From an uncultured Planctomycetaceae bacterium (GTDB taxonomy: Bacteria > Planctomycetota > Planctomycetia > Isosphaerales > Isosphaeraceae), in the NCBI GenBank assembly GCA_963833985.1, contig CAWIAD010000001.1, forward strand, positions 2,208,001 through 2,272,000: a DNA stretch of 64,000 nucleotides, given 5' to 3'. A model generated the notes under the pieces. It worked only from the letters and a program-made list of their open reading frames with translations, was not told the origin of the DNA and did no database searches. Position 1 is the stretch's first letter; each line of letters starts with the position of its first letter. The translations under genes were made by a program, and so were the position numbers. Positions 29,651-41,052 of this stretch are shown piece by piece.

Positions 29651-31012
29651 ATGACTCTACGACTGGTCTTGGTCAGTCTGGTGGCAGCGCTGGGGTTGAC
29701 GATTCCCGGTGCGCCAGTGATCGAGAACTGGGTCGCCTCCACTCAGAACTGGATGAATGCCAGGTTCGCCGATTGGGACACCCGCAATCCGCAAACGATG
29801 GACACGATCATCGTGAGTGATACATACGACGTGGAGCAAATCGCTCCTCGTCTTCCGATACCCTCCCCCCTGACCGCCCCGCCCGCCGTGGAGCGGCCCA
29901 CAGTCGAGCTCGCGGGCCCTCCGCGGGCGCTTGCCCTCGCTTCCGCTCCTGCCGTCAAGCCCGTTGCCGTGGAAGGGACCATGGCGGCCCAGGTACCCGT
30001 GGTCTCTGCCGTGCGTCAGGGCCGCACGGAGATCATTCCTCTGCTCGGGAAACTCGCCCAGAAAGCCCGGCGCGTGGTGCTGCGGTGCACCACGATCGTG
30101 TCTGCCGCGGTTCCCCGCGTGGTCTTTCCGGCAGCTCCGCGAGCTTTCCCGCCTCTCGTGGCCGGTGCCTCGCCACGCGGCATCGCGGAGCTGCTGAACG
30201 AGTTGAACGAAGGAATCGGCATCCGGCCGCAGATGCCCACCGTGGCCGCTCGGAAGGCGGCCAGCCCCGCTCGCTCGAGGCGAGTCGGCGATCAGCCATT
30301 CGGATCCATGGAGCAGAGCGCCAGCCTCTACTTCGCCGGAGAGATCCAAGTGGCCCAGCCGGGCGGCAGGCTGACGAAGGCAGGGCCGGTGAAGAATCCC
30401 AGGATGGCGGCAACCGCCAAGGCGCAGCACGTGGCGGCCCGGCCAACCGCAGGGAAGCCCGAGCCGGCGAAGCTCACGGTCACAAAGCCGGTTGCGGCGA
30501 AGCCCGTCACGGCGCAGCTCATGGCCTCTCAGCCGCCGACTTCGGCCCCGGTGGTCCCGCACCACGCAGCACGGCCGCAACTCGTAGCCGAAGCGCAGGA
30601 AGATCTGGACATCGAGAGCGCCGGAGAGCTGGTGCGGCTTGAAGATGGCTTCGGCCTGCCCGGAGCCACCGTTCTCACAGGGTCAAAGGTCCGTCCTCTG
30701 GTACCGCACGCGGCGACGGCCCCGCAGCCCGCGGTCCTGCCCTCCCGCACCGTGGCCGTCGCGATCAGGCCCGGCTTCGACCCGCTGGAGGTTCCTACCG
30801 ATTTCTACGCGGGAATCGCCTTTGAGCTGAACCAGATGAGCGACGGCATCCGTCCTGAAGCCGTGCTCGTGCGAACGGCCAAAACCGATTCACCGGCTCC
30901 GAGCGGCACCCACGAGCTACGGCGTGCGGTGCGGCTGACCCGCGACGCGGTTTATGCCTGGGTGAACGTGCTCACCGGCCCGGCTTTGATGACCGTCTCG
31001 CAATCGAATTGA
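29651..31012 (+). CDS. Hypothetical Ala/Pro-rich exported protein
   Basis: MTLRLVLVSLVAALGLTIP after a GGAG RBS; helical C-terminus AVRLTRDAVYAWVNVLTGPA. Confidence 0.7.
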   Translation: MTLRLVLVSLVAALGLTIPGAPVIENWVASTQNWMNARFADWDTRNPQTMDTIIVSDTYDVEQIAPRLPIPSPLTAPPAVERPTVELAGPPRALALASAPAVKPVAVEGTMAAQVPVVSAVRQGRTEIIPLLGKLAQKARRVVLRCTTIVSAAVPRVVFPAAPRAFPPLVAGASPRGIAELLNELNEGIGIRPQMPTVAARKAASPARSRRVGDQPFGSMEQSASLYFAGEIQVAQPGGRLTKAGPVKNPRMAATAKAQHVAARPTAGKPEPAKLTVTKPVAAKPVTAQLMASQPPTSAPVVPHHAARPQLVAEAQEDLDIESAGELVRLEDGFGLPGATVLTGSKVRPLVPHAATAPQPAVLPSRTVAVAIRPGFDPLEVPTDFYAGIAFELNQMSDGIRPEAVLVRTAKTDSPAPSGTHELRRAVRLTRDAVYAWVNVLTGPALMTVSQSN

Positions 31013-31091
31013 CCTCTGGATTGCCCGATCGCGGTCGACGAGGCGCGGTGAACCTTCCGCAGATGGGGGGTTCGCCGCGTCTGGTTGTTTT

Positions 31092-31481
31092 TCAAGAGAG
31101 CTGGGAATCACGAGACTCGTCCGGGATGGTCAGGCGGTAACCCAGCGAGACGGCGATCTTGATCACCTCACCGTGGGTCGGAAACGACTTGCCGGTTCGC
31201 TCCTTGAAGCGCTGCATCGCGTTCATGAACTCCAGCTCGTCGTCGGTATATTGCTTCTCGAACGTTGTGGGATCGATCCGCTTCCGCCGTTCCTTGCGGG
31301 CGCGCCGTTCCGATCGAGCCGGAGCCGGGCTTTGCGGATCCGCGGCTGGCACCGACTTCCCGGGCGGCCGCGTGCGCCGATCTCGCCCCTCGCGGCGATC
31401 ATGAAACAGGGTGTTGGAGGGGAAGCTGGAAAAATCGAATTCCAGGGGCTTCGATTTCGTCTGATCATCGTCCTCAGTCAT
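31092..31481 (-). CDS. Small hypothetical protein
   Basis: ERRARKERRKRIDPTTFEKQYTDDELEFMNAMQRFK...FPT...LGY, a pattern I associate with planctomycete hypotheticals. Confidence 0.75.
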   Translation of the reverse strand: MTEDDDQTKSKPLEFDFSSFPSNTLFHDRREGRDRRTRPPGKSVPAADPQSPAPARSERRARKERRKRIDPTTFEKQYTDDELEFMNAMQRFKERTGKSFPTHGEVIKIAVSLGYRLTIPDESRDSQLS

Positions 31482-31982
31482 GGTCTTCGGTCTCACGTTG
31501 GATGCGGAGCGGCCGCCGCGCCGGGTGGGAGACAGATCCGCACGAGCACGATCCCCGGGCACCTGGCCAATGTCGCGGCCGAGCACCGATTCGACCTGGG
31601 AAATGATTCGTAAGTCACCGGGCCTTCTGCACTTGAAGAACTTGTAGAACACGCGTCCGCGCCTGTCAAAGAGGCAAAACCCAAAGCGTGTGGCATAATC
31701 AATGTCAGGCAAGAATCAGGCGTGCTGGTTCGGAGGGTTGACCGGTCCGGTCCCCATGAGCCGCCGCCTGTCAGCGGTTTGTGGCGCCGGACACGAACTT
31801 TGTTCTACCCCAGGAGCCGCATTGCTTGCTGATCTGGTTCAGCCACAAGGTCCTTCAGCCCGGAATTCCTTCGCGCCTCTGCTTGATGAGCTGAAGCGAT
31901 GACCATAAAGTGAGAGTTGAGAGCGTCTAGCGTCCCAGCCGGTCCTGGTGCCGGTGACCCCTTCTGCTGGAGAGCACGGAAC

Positions 31983-33811
31983 ATGTCTCGAACCTCCCGA
32001 CCGTGGAAAGGTGCCGGGCTATTGACGCTGGGTGGCATTGTGCTGTCCGGAGTCGTGGCGCTCGGCGACGACCGGCCACCGCTGGCCTCCCAGCTCAATG
32101 ATCTGGGACGCCAGGCTCTGGCGCAGGGTGCAACGGCCATGGCCCAGACCTTCTTCCAGAAGGCGCTGGTAATCGATCCGGGGAACACCGATGCGACCAA
32201 GGGATTGAGGGAGACGAAGGCCGTACAGGATCGGGTCGTCAAGGTGGCGTTCCAGGATCCTGGGGCGCCTCAACCGCCGGCCCCGGGCGCAGTTCAGCCG
32301 CCGGCCCCGGGCGCCATTCAGCCGCCGGCCCCGCCTTCCGGAACCGTGACGCCTCCGCCCGCTCCGGATGCCGGAGCGCCGCCGACCGGCGTGCGGCCTG
32401 GAGCCGGCAATGTGGCGACCGACGGCACAACCATGCCCCCCGCCGGTAATATCTCGCCGGCCGCGGGGGCGCCGGAGACTCCGCAAGCCCGGGCCACTCT
32501 TGAAGAGGTCAACCGCGAGGACACTGTCGCCCGCCAGCAGCTCACCAGCGACGTCGAGCAGAGGCTCCAGGCGGCGCGCAACCTGATCGCGTCTGGCCAG
32601 CCCGAGGCCGCGCTCACCAATCTTCGCCTCGCGCAGAACTACGTGAAGTCGGCGCCCAACGTCTCAGAGAGCGCCGCAACGCGCTGGACAAGCGGATCGC
32701 CAACCAGATTCTCACCACGGTTCGCGACGAGGAGCGTATCGTCGGCGAGCGCGCCGAGCAGAGGCGGCTGCTGGCGGCGTCCGAGCAGCGTACCAGGGCC
32801 GTCTCCGAGTTCATGACCAACCAGGAAACCATCAAGTCGATGATGACCCAGTTCGACCTGCTCATGGGCGAGGGCATCTACGGCTTCCTGTACGGCGGCG
32901 GCTACGGCAACATCACGGCAGCCGCGGCTCCTTTCTACTCGGCCCGCGTGCTGGCTCAGCATGCCCGCGCCCTGATGCGGCGCGGAGTTCTGCCTTACAG
33001 CGACTGGGACCCAGCCGCCGATGCCGGCATGTACACGTCGATGACTGTGAGCTTCCTCGCACAGGAGCTGCAATTCCGCCAGCTCAAGTGGTTCCGCTAC
33101 ATGCTCACCATGCAGGACGTCACCCGCGCCAGCGTCCCCTTCCCGGACAACCAGATCATCGAATACCCCGACGCGGAAGTGTGGCGCACGCTTTCGGAAC
33201 GGCGGATCGCCCGCTATGGCAAGGCCGTCGACGTCTTCGAACGCGACCCCAAGACCAAGTCGATCCTCGCCAAGCTGGACCAGCCGATCGCCATGTCCTT
33301 CCCCAACGAGACGCCGCTGGAAGACGTTCTGAAGTACGTCAAGCAAGCCACCCAGGACGCCAACGACACGGGCATCCCGATCTACGTCGATCCCCTGGGC
33401 ATGCAAGAGGCCGACAAGACGCTCACATCGCCCGTCTCCATCGACCTCGAGGGCGTGCCCCTGAAGACGACGCTCCGGCTGCTGCTCAAGCAGCTTGGCC
33501 TGACCTATACCGTCAAGGATGGCTTTCTCATGATCACTTCCCAGGAATCGGAAGACCAGCAGACCGAAATCCGCGTGTACCCTGTCGCTGACCTCGCCAT
33601 TATCCCCCTTTCCCTGATGATGGGCGGTGGTGGTATGGGCGGCGGTATGCGAGGTGGTATGGGCGGCGGTGGCATGGGCGGCGGTATGGGCGGCGGTGGC
33701 ATGGGCGGTGGTATGGGCGGCGGTATGGGCGGCATGGGAATGATGTCCGTACCCGTCGAGCCACAGCCGCAGGATCCTGCCAGCCCTTACATGGAAAAAA
33801 AAAGCAACTGA
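31983..33811 (+). CDS. Exported TPR/STN-like protein with Gly-Met tail; apparent frameshift near 32672
   Basis: Signal peptide; FPNETPLEDVLKYV...GVPLKTTLRLLL...RVYPVADL; frames join as VSESARNALDKR. Confidence 0.75.
32271..32333 (+). repeat. 24-bp coding tandem repeat (QPPAPGA[V/I]), about 2.6 copies
   Basis: CAGCCGCCGGCCCCGGGCGC units. Confidence 0.8.
33619..33738 (+). repeat. Low-complexity GGM coding repeat
   Basis: ATGGGCGGCGGT-like units encoding GGGMGGGM. Confidence 0.9.
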
Positions 33812-33882
33812 ACCAGCTTGACCCTGCTTCTCGGAACCCCATCACGCGGGACCAGTCGGGCACGTCACCGGCTGGTCCCGCG

Positions 33883-35181
33883 GTGCGTTTACCGGACAAC
33901 GCTCCTGCGGTGCAATCAGCACGCCCGCCGCTCGATCGAGGAGCGGCTCCCGTGATCCGTCCGGCGCTGCCGGGAGGCGCACTCCGCCCGGCGCTCATCC
34001 CGATCGCCCCGGGCCTGGTGCCGCCTGGCGCCGGACAGCCGGCGGGGCATTCAGACCCGTACAAATACTGGTCGGAGTACTACCGCAAGCACGATGAATC
34101 CGCGGAGCAGCTGCGCGAGACCATCTGGCTGCTCAACCGCAGCCGTAAGTTCGTCGACGTCCACGCCGCCATTCTGGGCTACCTGAACCACCGCGGGTCG
34201 AAGAACCGCGAGCCCTGGATGTACGTCGCCCTGGCGATCGTGCTCAAGGAGCTTGGGGCCAAGCCGCAGGATATCAAGGTCAGCCTGGACTATGCGGCCG
34301 ACGCCGCCCAGCGAACTCACAACCCCAACGACCTGGTGAACGCCGCCGACGCACTGTACCTGGCCGGCTATTATGACAGGGTCGGCGCCCTGCTCGACGA
34401 GGCCGCAGGCAAGGTTCCGCATCGCGCCGAGCCGCTGGCCATGTCGATCAACCTGGCACAGACAACCAAGGATCCCCGGCGCATGGGCGATTCCATTGAC
34501 CGCCTGCTGTCGCTGGGCTGGCCGGGAAACGACGACTACTTCCGGATCGAGGCCCGCAAGCAGGCGGAGCAGCTCGCCGCGAAGCTGACCGAGGCGGGCC
34601 AGAAAAGCGAGGCCGACCAGCTCACCGCGCGGCTCCCGGAGGCCCTCGCACGCGATGTATTTGTTCGCCTGAGCTGGGATGGCGACGCTGATTTCGACCT
34701 CGCCGTCGAGGAACCGCTCGGAGCGACGGCCCAGTTCGGTACGCCTCGCACGGTGTTCGGCGGGTCGATCATCAAGAACGGCTACGGCAAGAACCCGGAC
34801 GACATCTACGTCTGCCCGCGCGGTTTCGACGGCGACTACACCATCCGCGTGAGCACTGTCTACACCAACCCCGACAGGCCGCCCACAAGGCTGCTGCTCG
34901 AGACGATCACGCACGAGGGCACGGCGCACGAGAAGAAGGAGTCCCACCCGCTCTCGCCCGGCGACCCCGCACCCCGCCCGGTGGTGGTGCACCTGACCGG
35001 AGGCCGACGTAAGACCGTTCTGCCGTTTCTGAGTCCCGACGCGATCCTCGATTCCACATTCGCCCCGGCGCCGGCGCCCAAGGGGAAGAAGGCCAATGCC
35101 GGCCGGCAACCCGCCCCGGCGGCCGCACTTCCCCGGGGCGCACAGGGAGCAGGAGCCCGTCCCGGCAATCCAGGACGCTGA
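33883..35181 (+). CDS. TPR-like hypothetical protein; start uncertain, frame open upstream through the A9 run
   Basis: EPWMYVALA, LLSLGWPG, VRLSWDGDADFDLAVEEP; no SD before the GTG. Confidence 0.75.
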   Translation: MRLPDNAPAVQSARPPLDRGAAPVIRPALPGGALRPALIPIAPGLVPPGAGQPAGHSDPYKYWSEYYRKHDESAEQLRETIWLLNRSRKFVDVHAAILGYLNHRGSKNREPWMYVALAIVLKELGAKPQDIKVSLDYAADAAQRTHNPNDLVNAADALYLAGYYDRVGALLDEAAGKVPHRAEPLAMSINLAQTTKDPRRMGDSIDRLLSLGWPGNDDYFRIEARKQAEQLAAKLTEAGQKSEADQLTARLPEALARDVFVRLSWDGDADFDLAVEEPLGATAQFGTPRTVFGGSIIKNGYGKNPDDIYVCPRGFDGDYTIRVSTVYTNPDRPPTRLLLETITHEGTAHEKKESHPLSPGDPAPRPVVVHLTGGRRKTVLPFLSPDAILDSTFAPAPAPKGKKANAGRQPAPAAALPRGAQGAGARPGNPGR

Positions 35182-35246
35182 CGGCAGAGTCTCGCGGGGC
35201 TGAAGCCACGAGCTCAGAACGAGAACCGCCTGGCCGAGTGTGCAGC

Positions 35247-36194
<948 letters not shown>

Positions 36195-36262
36195 CAGATT
36201 ATGCTCCTGTAATGATATATCGAGGCGGGATCGGAAGTGAAGAATGCGATCCGCCGACGCGA

Positions 36263-36622
36263 TCAAAACAGGAAACATTGCAGCCAGGCGTTGCGCCGAC
36301 CTGGGCGGGGCAGGGAGGTGAGTGAGCCGGCCTCCAGCCGCGGAGACAGGGTAAGGGAGACGACGGCCGGGAGCGCGAAGCCGGCCGGGAAAGGTGCCGC
36401 GAAAAAGGGAGCCATGCCTTCCTGATCGGTCCGGCTTTCATGCGTGTTGGACAGCAGAACTTCCGGATCGTCGCCGACGCCTCCATCGACGGCCTCGAGT
36501 ACACCGTGCTGTCCCTGTTCGGCCATCCAGCGCGCATAATCGCTCGCGGCCTCCGCCTGACGGAGAGGCGTTCCCGCCAGGAGTGCGAGCAGGCAGATCA
36601 GGAACATACCGTTGATTCTCAC
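36263..36622 (-). CDS. Small exported hypothetical protein upstream of DUF1559
   Basis: GGAG RBS; signal-like N-terminus; ends RRNAWLQCFLF. Confidence 0.55.
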   Translation of the reverse strand: MRINGMFLICLLALLAGTPLRQAEAASDYARWMAEQGQHGVLEAVDGGVGDDPEVLLSNTHESRTDQEGMAPFFAAPFPAGFALPAVVSLTLSPRLEAGSLTSLPRPGRRNAWLQCFLF

Positions 36623-36898
36623 GGTGGTGTTGTCTCCATGCCATGATCATCGGGGACGAGGCGGCCAAGCGTCAACCCGCCTCCTCTCCGCGGACGGTGC
36701 TGCCCCGCTGGGCCAGGAAGTCACGGCGTGAATCTTCGAGCGTGCGTCAGCCCGGATTGCGAGCGGGGCATGCTTCGCGGTATGATTCAGGATCGATTGC
36801 CGAGGTGAGGGCCCGGCCGAGACTGCATGCGACTGGCGGCTCTCGCTCGCGACGATCATCGAGGGAGCGATCGAACCGCAGCCGATGGAGCGACGTGC

Positions 36899-38216
36899 AT
36901 GTCTCGCCGAGCCCGCTGGCTCCGGGCACCTGGAGCCCTTGTTGCCGCCCTGGTCCTCGCAAACCTGGCGTTTGGCCAGCGCGAGGCTGAGACGCTCTCC
37001 GCGAGCTTTCGCAAGGCCGCGGAAAAGGTCCTGCCGGCGGTCGTGGCCGTGCGTCCCATCGGTCTGGTGGAGCGCCCGGTGGCCCCGAGTCTCTTCGGCA
37101 GGCCGCTTTTACCCGTCTGGCCCGGTGTTCTGCCTGGTCGGGTCCTGGAGTCAGAGCCACTGCCGGGCGGATCGGGCGTGGTCGTTGAGGCCGCACGCGG
37201 GCTGATTCTTACCTCCGCACAGGCCGTTGCGGGCGCGGCGCGAATCGTCGTGGTCTTCGAGGATGGACGCGAGCTGGAAGCGCGGCGCGTGATCCGCGAT
37301 CCACGCAATGAGCTGGCCGTGCTGGTGGTCGATCCTGCGAGCCTGCGCGTCAAGGAGGCCGTCTGGGGTTCATCCGAAGCATTGCGGCTGGGCGACTGGG
37401 TGCTGGCGCTCGGGCGCGGCAACGACCGTGCCGCACTGGCGGCCGCGGGGATCGTGAGCGGCCGCTCGGCGGCAGCGGGCCACCCGCTACGGAGCAGTGC
37501 GGTCCTCGGCGCGGCTGGCTCGGGCGGCCCGGTCATCGACCTGGAAGGAAGAATCGTCGGGATCGGTCAGGTACCCATCGATCCGCGCGGCTGGCCGGAG
37601 GCGCTGGCTCCGGCGGTACCCGCCGAGCGTGCCCGTGCATGCCTTGCCGAGACAGCCGCGGGCGGCCCTGCGCGGCGGGGCTACCTGGGCGTCATGCTGG
37701 CTCCAGCGTCGAACGGCGTGGGGCTGTCGAACGAAGCCGCCAGCCTGGCCATCACCAGCGTGACGGTCGGCAGCCCGGCTGCGCGCCGGGCTGAGGGCGG
37801 GAGACCTGATCGTGGCTCTCGATGGCCAGGCGATCAGCAGCCTGGAACAGTTCTCGGCGACCGTCGACGGAGCACCGATCGGTCGGAAATTCCTGCTGAC
37901 CATCGTGAGGGCCGGGAAACGCCAGGAAGTGGCTGTCGCGACCAGCGAGCGGCTCCTGCCGGCCGGCCCGCCAGGCAGCCTGCCCGGTGGACGGCTCCAG
38001 CCGAGGACATTGCGGCCGGCGGCTCCCGGATCGGGCGGGCCGGTGCTCCGCTCCGAAAGTCCGGACGACCCGGTGTCGCGGCCCGCCGTTCCACGAGCCG
38101 AGCCCGAGTCCGCGCCGGAGCTGGACCCCGCCCTGCCGGCTCCGATCCCGCGGGACGGGAGGAGCCCGGCCAGGCCGGAGGCGCGGACCGACCTCCCGGA
38201 GCCGAAAGCGCCGTGA
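36899..38216 (+). CDS. HtrA/DegP-like S1C protein with PDZ, degenerate triad; apparent frameshift near 37785
   Basis: FRKAAEKVLPAVV, GSGVVV, LGDWVLALG, GSGGPVIDLEGRIVGI, RGYLGV; PDZ continues AGLRAGDLIVALDG in the shifted frame. Confidence 0.82.
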
Positions 38217-38319
38217 ACCCTGCATTGCCCGGCGCCGAATCCGCGACCGTCAGGAAGCCAGAACTAGCCACACCAGAGAGGCCAGAGGCAGCAATTCATC
38301 CATAAGACGGAAGTGCACG

Positions 38320-39732
38320 ATGATCCGACGCATCCTGGCGGTTGACGACATGGAAATCAACCGCGACCACCTGAAGAAAGTGCTCGAGGTGGATGGCCAT
38401 CACGTCGAGACCGCTGCCGACGCTCAGTCCGCCCTGGAGCAGCTGCGCGGCAAGACATTTCACCTGGTGATCACCGACCTGCGGATGCCCGACCTGAGCG
38501 GCCTGGACCTCCTTTCACAGCTTCGCGCCGAGCAGTTTCCGGTGGGGGTCATCGTGCTCACCGCTTACGGCGACACCGCTGACGCGCTGCGCACCATGAA
38601 GGCCGGGGCCGACGACTTTCTCATCAAGCCGTACGATCCCGACCACCTGCGTTTCCTGGTGAAGCGCACGCTCGATCGCCGGCGCTTGATGGACGAGCTG
38701 CACGAGCTGCGCACCCAGTTGCGTGAGGACTACAGCTTTCACACGATGGTCTCCAAGAGCGCGAAGATGCGGCGGATCTTCGACCTCATCGAGCAGGTGG
38801 GACCGATCGGCTCGACCGTGCTGATCCTGGGCGAAACGGGTACCGGCAAGGAGCTGGTGGCGCGGGCGATCCATGCCGCGAGCAGCCGGCGAGACGGCCC
38901 CTTTGTGGCCCTGAACTGTGCGGTTCTCAACGACTCCCTGCTGGAGAGCGAACTGTTCGGCCATGAAAAGGGCTCGTTCACCGGCGCGGAACGTCGCAAG
39001 ATCGGCCGGTTCGAGCAGGCCGATACCGGCAGCCTCTTGCTCGACGAAGTGGGCGACGTGGCACCTGCGATGCAGGCCAAGTTGCTGCGGGTGTTGCAGA
39101 CGGGAGTCTTCGAGCGGGTCGGCGGGACCGAGTCCATCAAGGTCGACGTGCGCATCATCGCCGCGACGCACAAGCGGCTGGAGGACGAGGTCGAGGCGGG
39201 TCGGTTCCGCAAAGACCTGTTCTACCGGCTCAACGTGATTCGCATGGAGCTGCCCCCGCTTCGAGACCGCAAGGAGGACGTTCCGCTACTGGCCACGCAC
39301 TTCCTGGAGCGCTACCGGCCGATCACGGCAACTCCGGTCCGCGAGATCGACGCCGACGCAATGCAGGCATTGCTCCAGCACCAATGGCCGGGCAACGTGC
39401 GCGAACTCGAGAATGCGATCAAGTCCGCCGTGGCTTTCGCGGACGGTTCCCTGATCCGCCGCGAGAACCTTCCCGAGACCCTGGTGCCGCGCCATGCCCG
39501 CTCGCTCGCCGCCACAGGGCTCATCGACATCGAGCGCCGGCTGCCCGAGCTGACCGAAGAACTCATCGGCCAGGTCGAGCGCGAGTACTTCCAGCGCATC
39601 CTCGCGGAATACCGCGGCAACGTGGCCCGGTGCGCGCGGCACAGCGGCCTCTCGCGCCGCAGCGTCACGCAGAAGCTCCAGAAGTACGGCCTCGATCGGA
39701 TGGACTTCAAGCGGCAGACCCAGAAGGGGTGA
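38320..39732 (+). CDS. Sigma-54-dependent response regulator (NtrC/AtoC family)
   Basis: REC domain DLRMP; GETGTGKE, ESELFGHEKGSFTGA, DLFYRLNV, WPGNVRELEN; Fis-type HTH. Confidence 0.95.
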   Translation: MIRRILAVDDMEINRDHLKKVLEVDGHHVETAADAQSALEQLRGKTFHLVITDLRMPDLSGLDLLSQLRAEQFPVGVIVLTAYGDTADALRTMKAGADDFLIKPYDPDHLRFLVKRTLDRRRLMDELHELRTQLREDYSFHTMVSKSAKMRRIFDLIEQVGPIGSTVLILGETGTGKELVARAIHAASSRRDGPFVALNCAVLNDSLLESELFGHEKGSFTGAERRKIGRFEQADTGSLLLDEVGDVAPAMQAKLLRVLQTGVFERVGGTESIKVDVRIIAATHKRLEDEVEAGRFRKDLFYRLNVIRMELPPLRDRKEDVPLLATHFLERYRPITATPVREIDADAMQALLQHQWPGNVRELENAIKSAVAFADGSLIRRENLPETLVPRHARSLAATGLIDIERRLPELTEELIGQVEREYFQRILAEYRGNVARCARHSGLSRRSVTQKLQKYGLDRMDFKRQTQKG

Positions 39733-39967
39733 CGAGTTTCTCGGTCGGCTCTATTCGCAAAGATCGGTACGACGTCGCGGTAAGGCTTGCTTGAACCGTG
39801 TCGACGGAGGTGGATGCACATTCGAGCGCCTGCGCAGCGCACACGTATTGCAGTCGGACTGAAGTGCCTTATCATTAGCTCAAATAGATCCTGCCTGGTT
39901 AGACACCCTTGTCAACCTTATGGGGCGGGAAGTGTCCTCAAAGTGACCGCTGCTGCTTCTTTCCCGT

Positions 39968-40450
39968 GTGTGCGGTTCCCGGTGGCTCTGCTGGGCGGCG
40001 GGCGCCATTGTCGTCGAGTTATCCTGCGTCCTGGTCTGGTCGCACGTGAAATTTGGCAGCCCTTCGGCATGTCTCGATCTGCTGAGGGGAGACACACTGA
40101 TTCTCCAGAGCAAATCGCTAGATCTCGGGGACATTCCGTCCGGAGCTCAGCGTGTTTGCCGAGTTGCGCTTACCAACTATTCCGGGACGACAGCCAGTCT
40201 GAGGGGCGTCCGATCGGAGCCTCCCTGTGCCGTCGGCGGAGAATTCCCCGTCCTCATACCACTCGGAAATGTCAAGCAACTCCCCGTCACCGTGCGCGGG
40301 GAGAAACAGGGGCCAATTAACTCGAACATATCGCTTTTTTTTGATGTCCCATCTCAGCCCTTCACGGTCCTGACTGTCCGAGCCAACGTGGTTCCCAGCC
40401 CTGCCCCGCAGCGGGCCGGCGTCTCCACGGGCCCTAGCGTACCCAAATGA
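39968..40450 (+). CDS. Membrane-anchored Ig-like (DUF1573-like) protein, possibly N-terminally truncated
   Basis: Hydrophobic N-terminus then LDLGDIP...LTNYSG beta-rich domain; start uncertain. Confidence 0.5.
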   Translation: MCGSRWLCWAAGAIVVELSCVLVWSHVKFGSPSACLDLLRGDTLILQSKSLDLGDIPSGAQRVCRVALTNYSGTTASLRGVRSEPPCAVGGEFPVLIPLGNVKQLPVTVRGEKQGPINSNISLFFDVPSQPFTVLTVRANVVPSPAPQRAGVSTGPSVPK

Positions 40451-40530
40451 CGATCCATTCGGCAGATCCGCCGGGGTGAAGCTCTGCTGAGCGCCTCATC
40501 CACCGCCTTTCACTTGGGAGGAGATCTACG

Positions 40531-40815
40531 ATGAGCCGAAAAGCAATCGCTGACGTCGTGACCGCAGGCACGATCTTCCTGTACGTCAACTTGATCGGGG
40601 CCCTCGTACTGACACAGGAGGGTTTCGGAGAAAAGACAGACGCGTTTTGCGACAGCACGTTTCGCTGCCCGGGGGGCAGCTTTGACTGCCCGGGTCCCTG
40701 TATCTCCGGAAACTTACATGGCCTTTGCCAGCCCACCGTTAACAGCATCTGCCCCGACAATTCCGACCTTTGTAAGGATCTGACGTTTGGGTGCAATTGT
40801 GCGGTGGCTTGCTGA
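40531..40815 (+). CDS. Secreted cysteine-rich mini-protein (10 Cys)
   Basis: GGAGG RBS; hydrophobic leader; 10 Cys in the last 55 residues; hairpin right after the stop. Confidence 0.72.
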   Translation: MSRKAIADVVTAGTIFLYVNLIGALVLTQEGFGEKTDAFCDSTFRCPGGSFDCPGPCISGNLHGLCQPTVNSICPDNSDLCKDLTFGCNCAVAC

Positions 40816-40838
40816 CCCTGCCGACGCTGTTGGCAGGG
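40816..40838 (+). terminator. Stem-loop without U-tract after the Cys-rich gene
   Basis: CCCTGCCGAC-GCT-GTTGGCAGGG, 10-bp stem with one G-U pair. Confidence 0.45.
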
Positions 40839-41052
40839 GCGATCCCGCGACCACTCGAGGGGCGGCTGAAATCCAGACGGTTGAGACCGACACTAGCCCG
40901 GGAGGGGGGCGCACCCGCCTCGCCGTCTAGTTGGGTAAGATGTTGCCTCCAGCAGTGCCCTCGAGATTCCGATACGTGAATTGACGCGGTCGGTTCTCCG
41001 ACACGACCGACGGACTCCTGGCGTAGCGTGACAGCGGCAACCGGAGCACACC

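Noticed and set aside
31690..31706. Sigma-54-like TGGCA sites here and near 22334 and 60750
   Set aside because: The -12 TTGC element is missing or wrongly spaced.
33619..33738. Repeat array that might be CRISPR-like
   Set aside because: Coding Gly-Met low-complexity sequence with no spacers and no cas genes.
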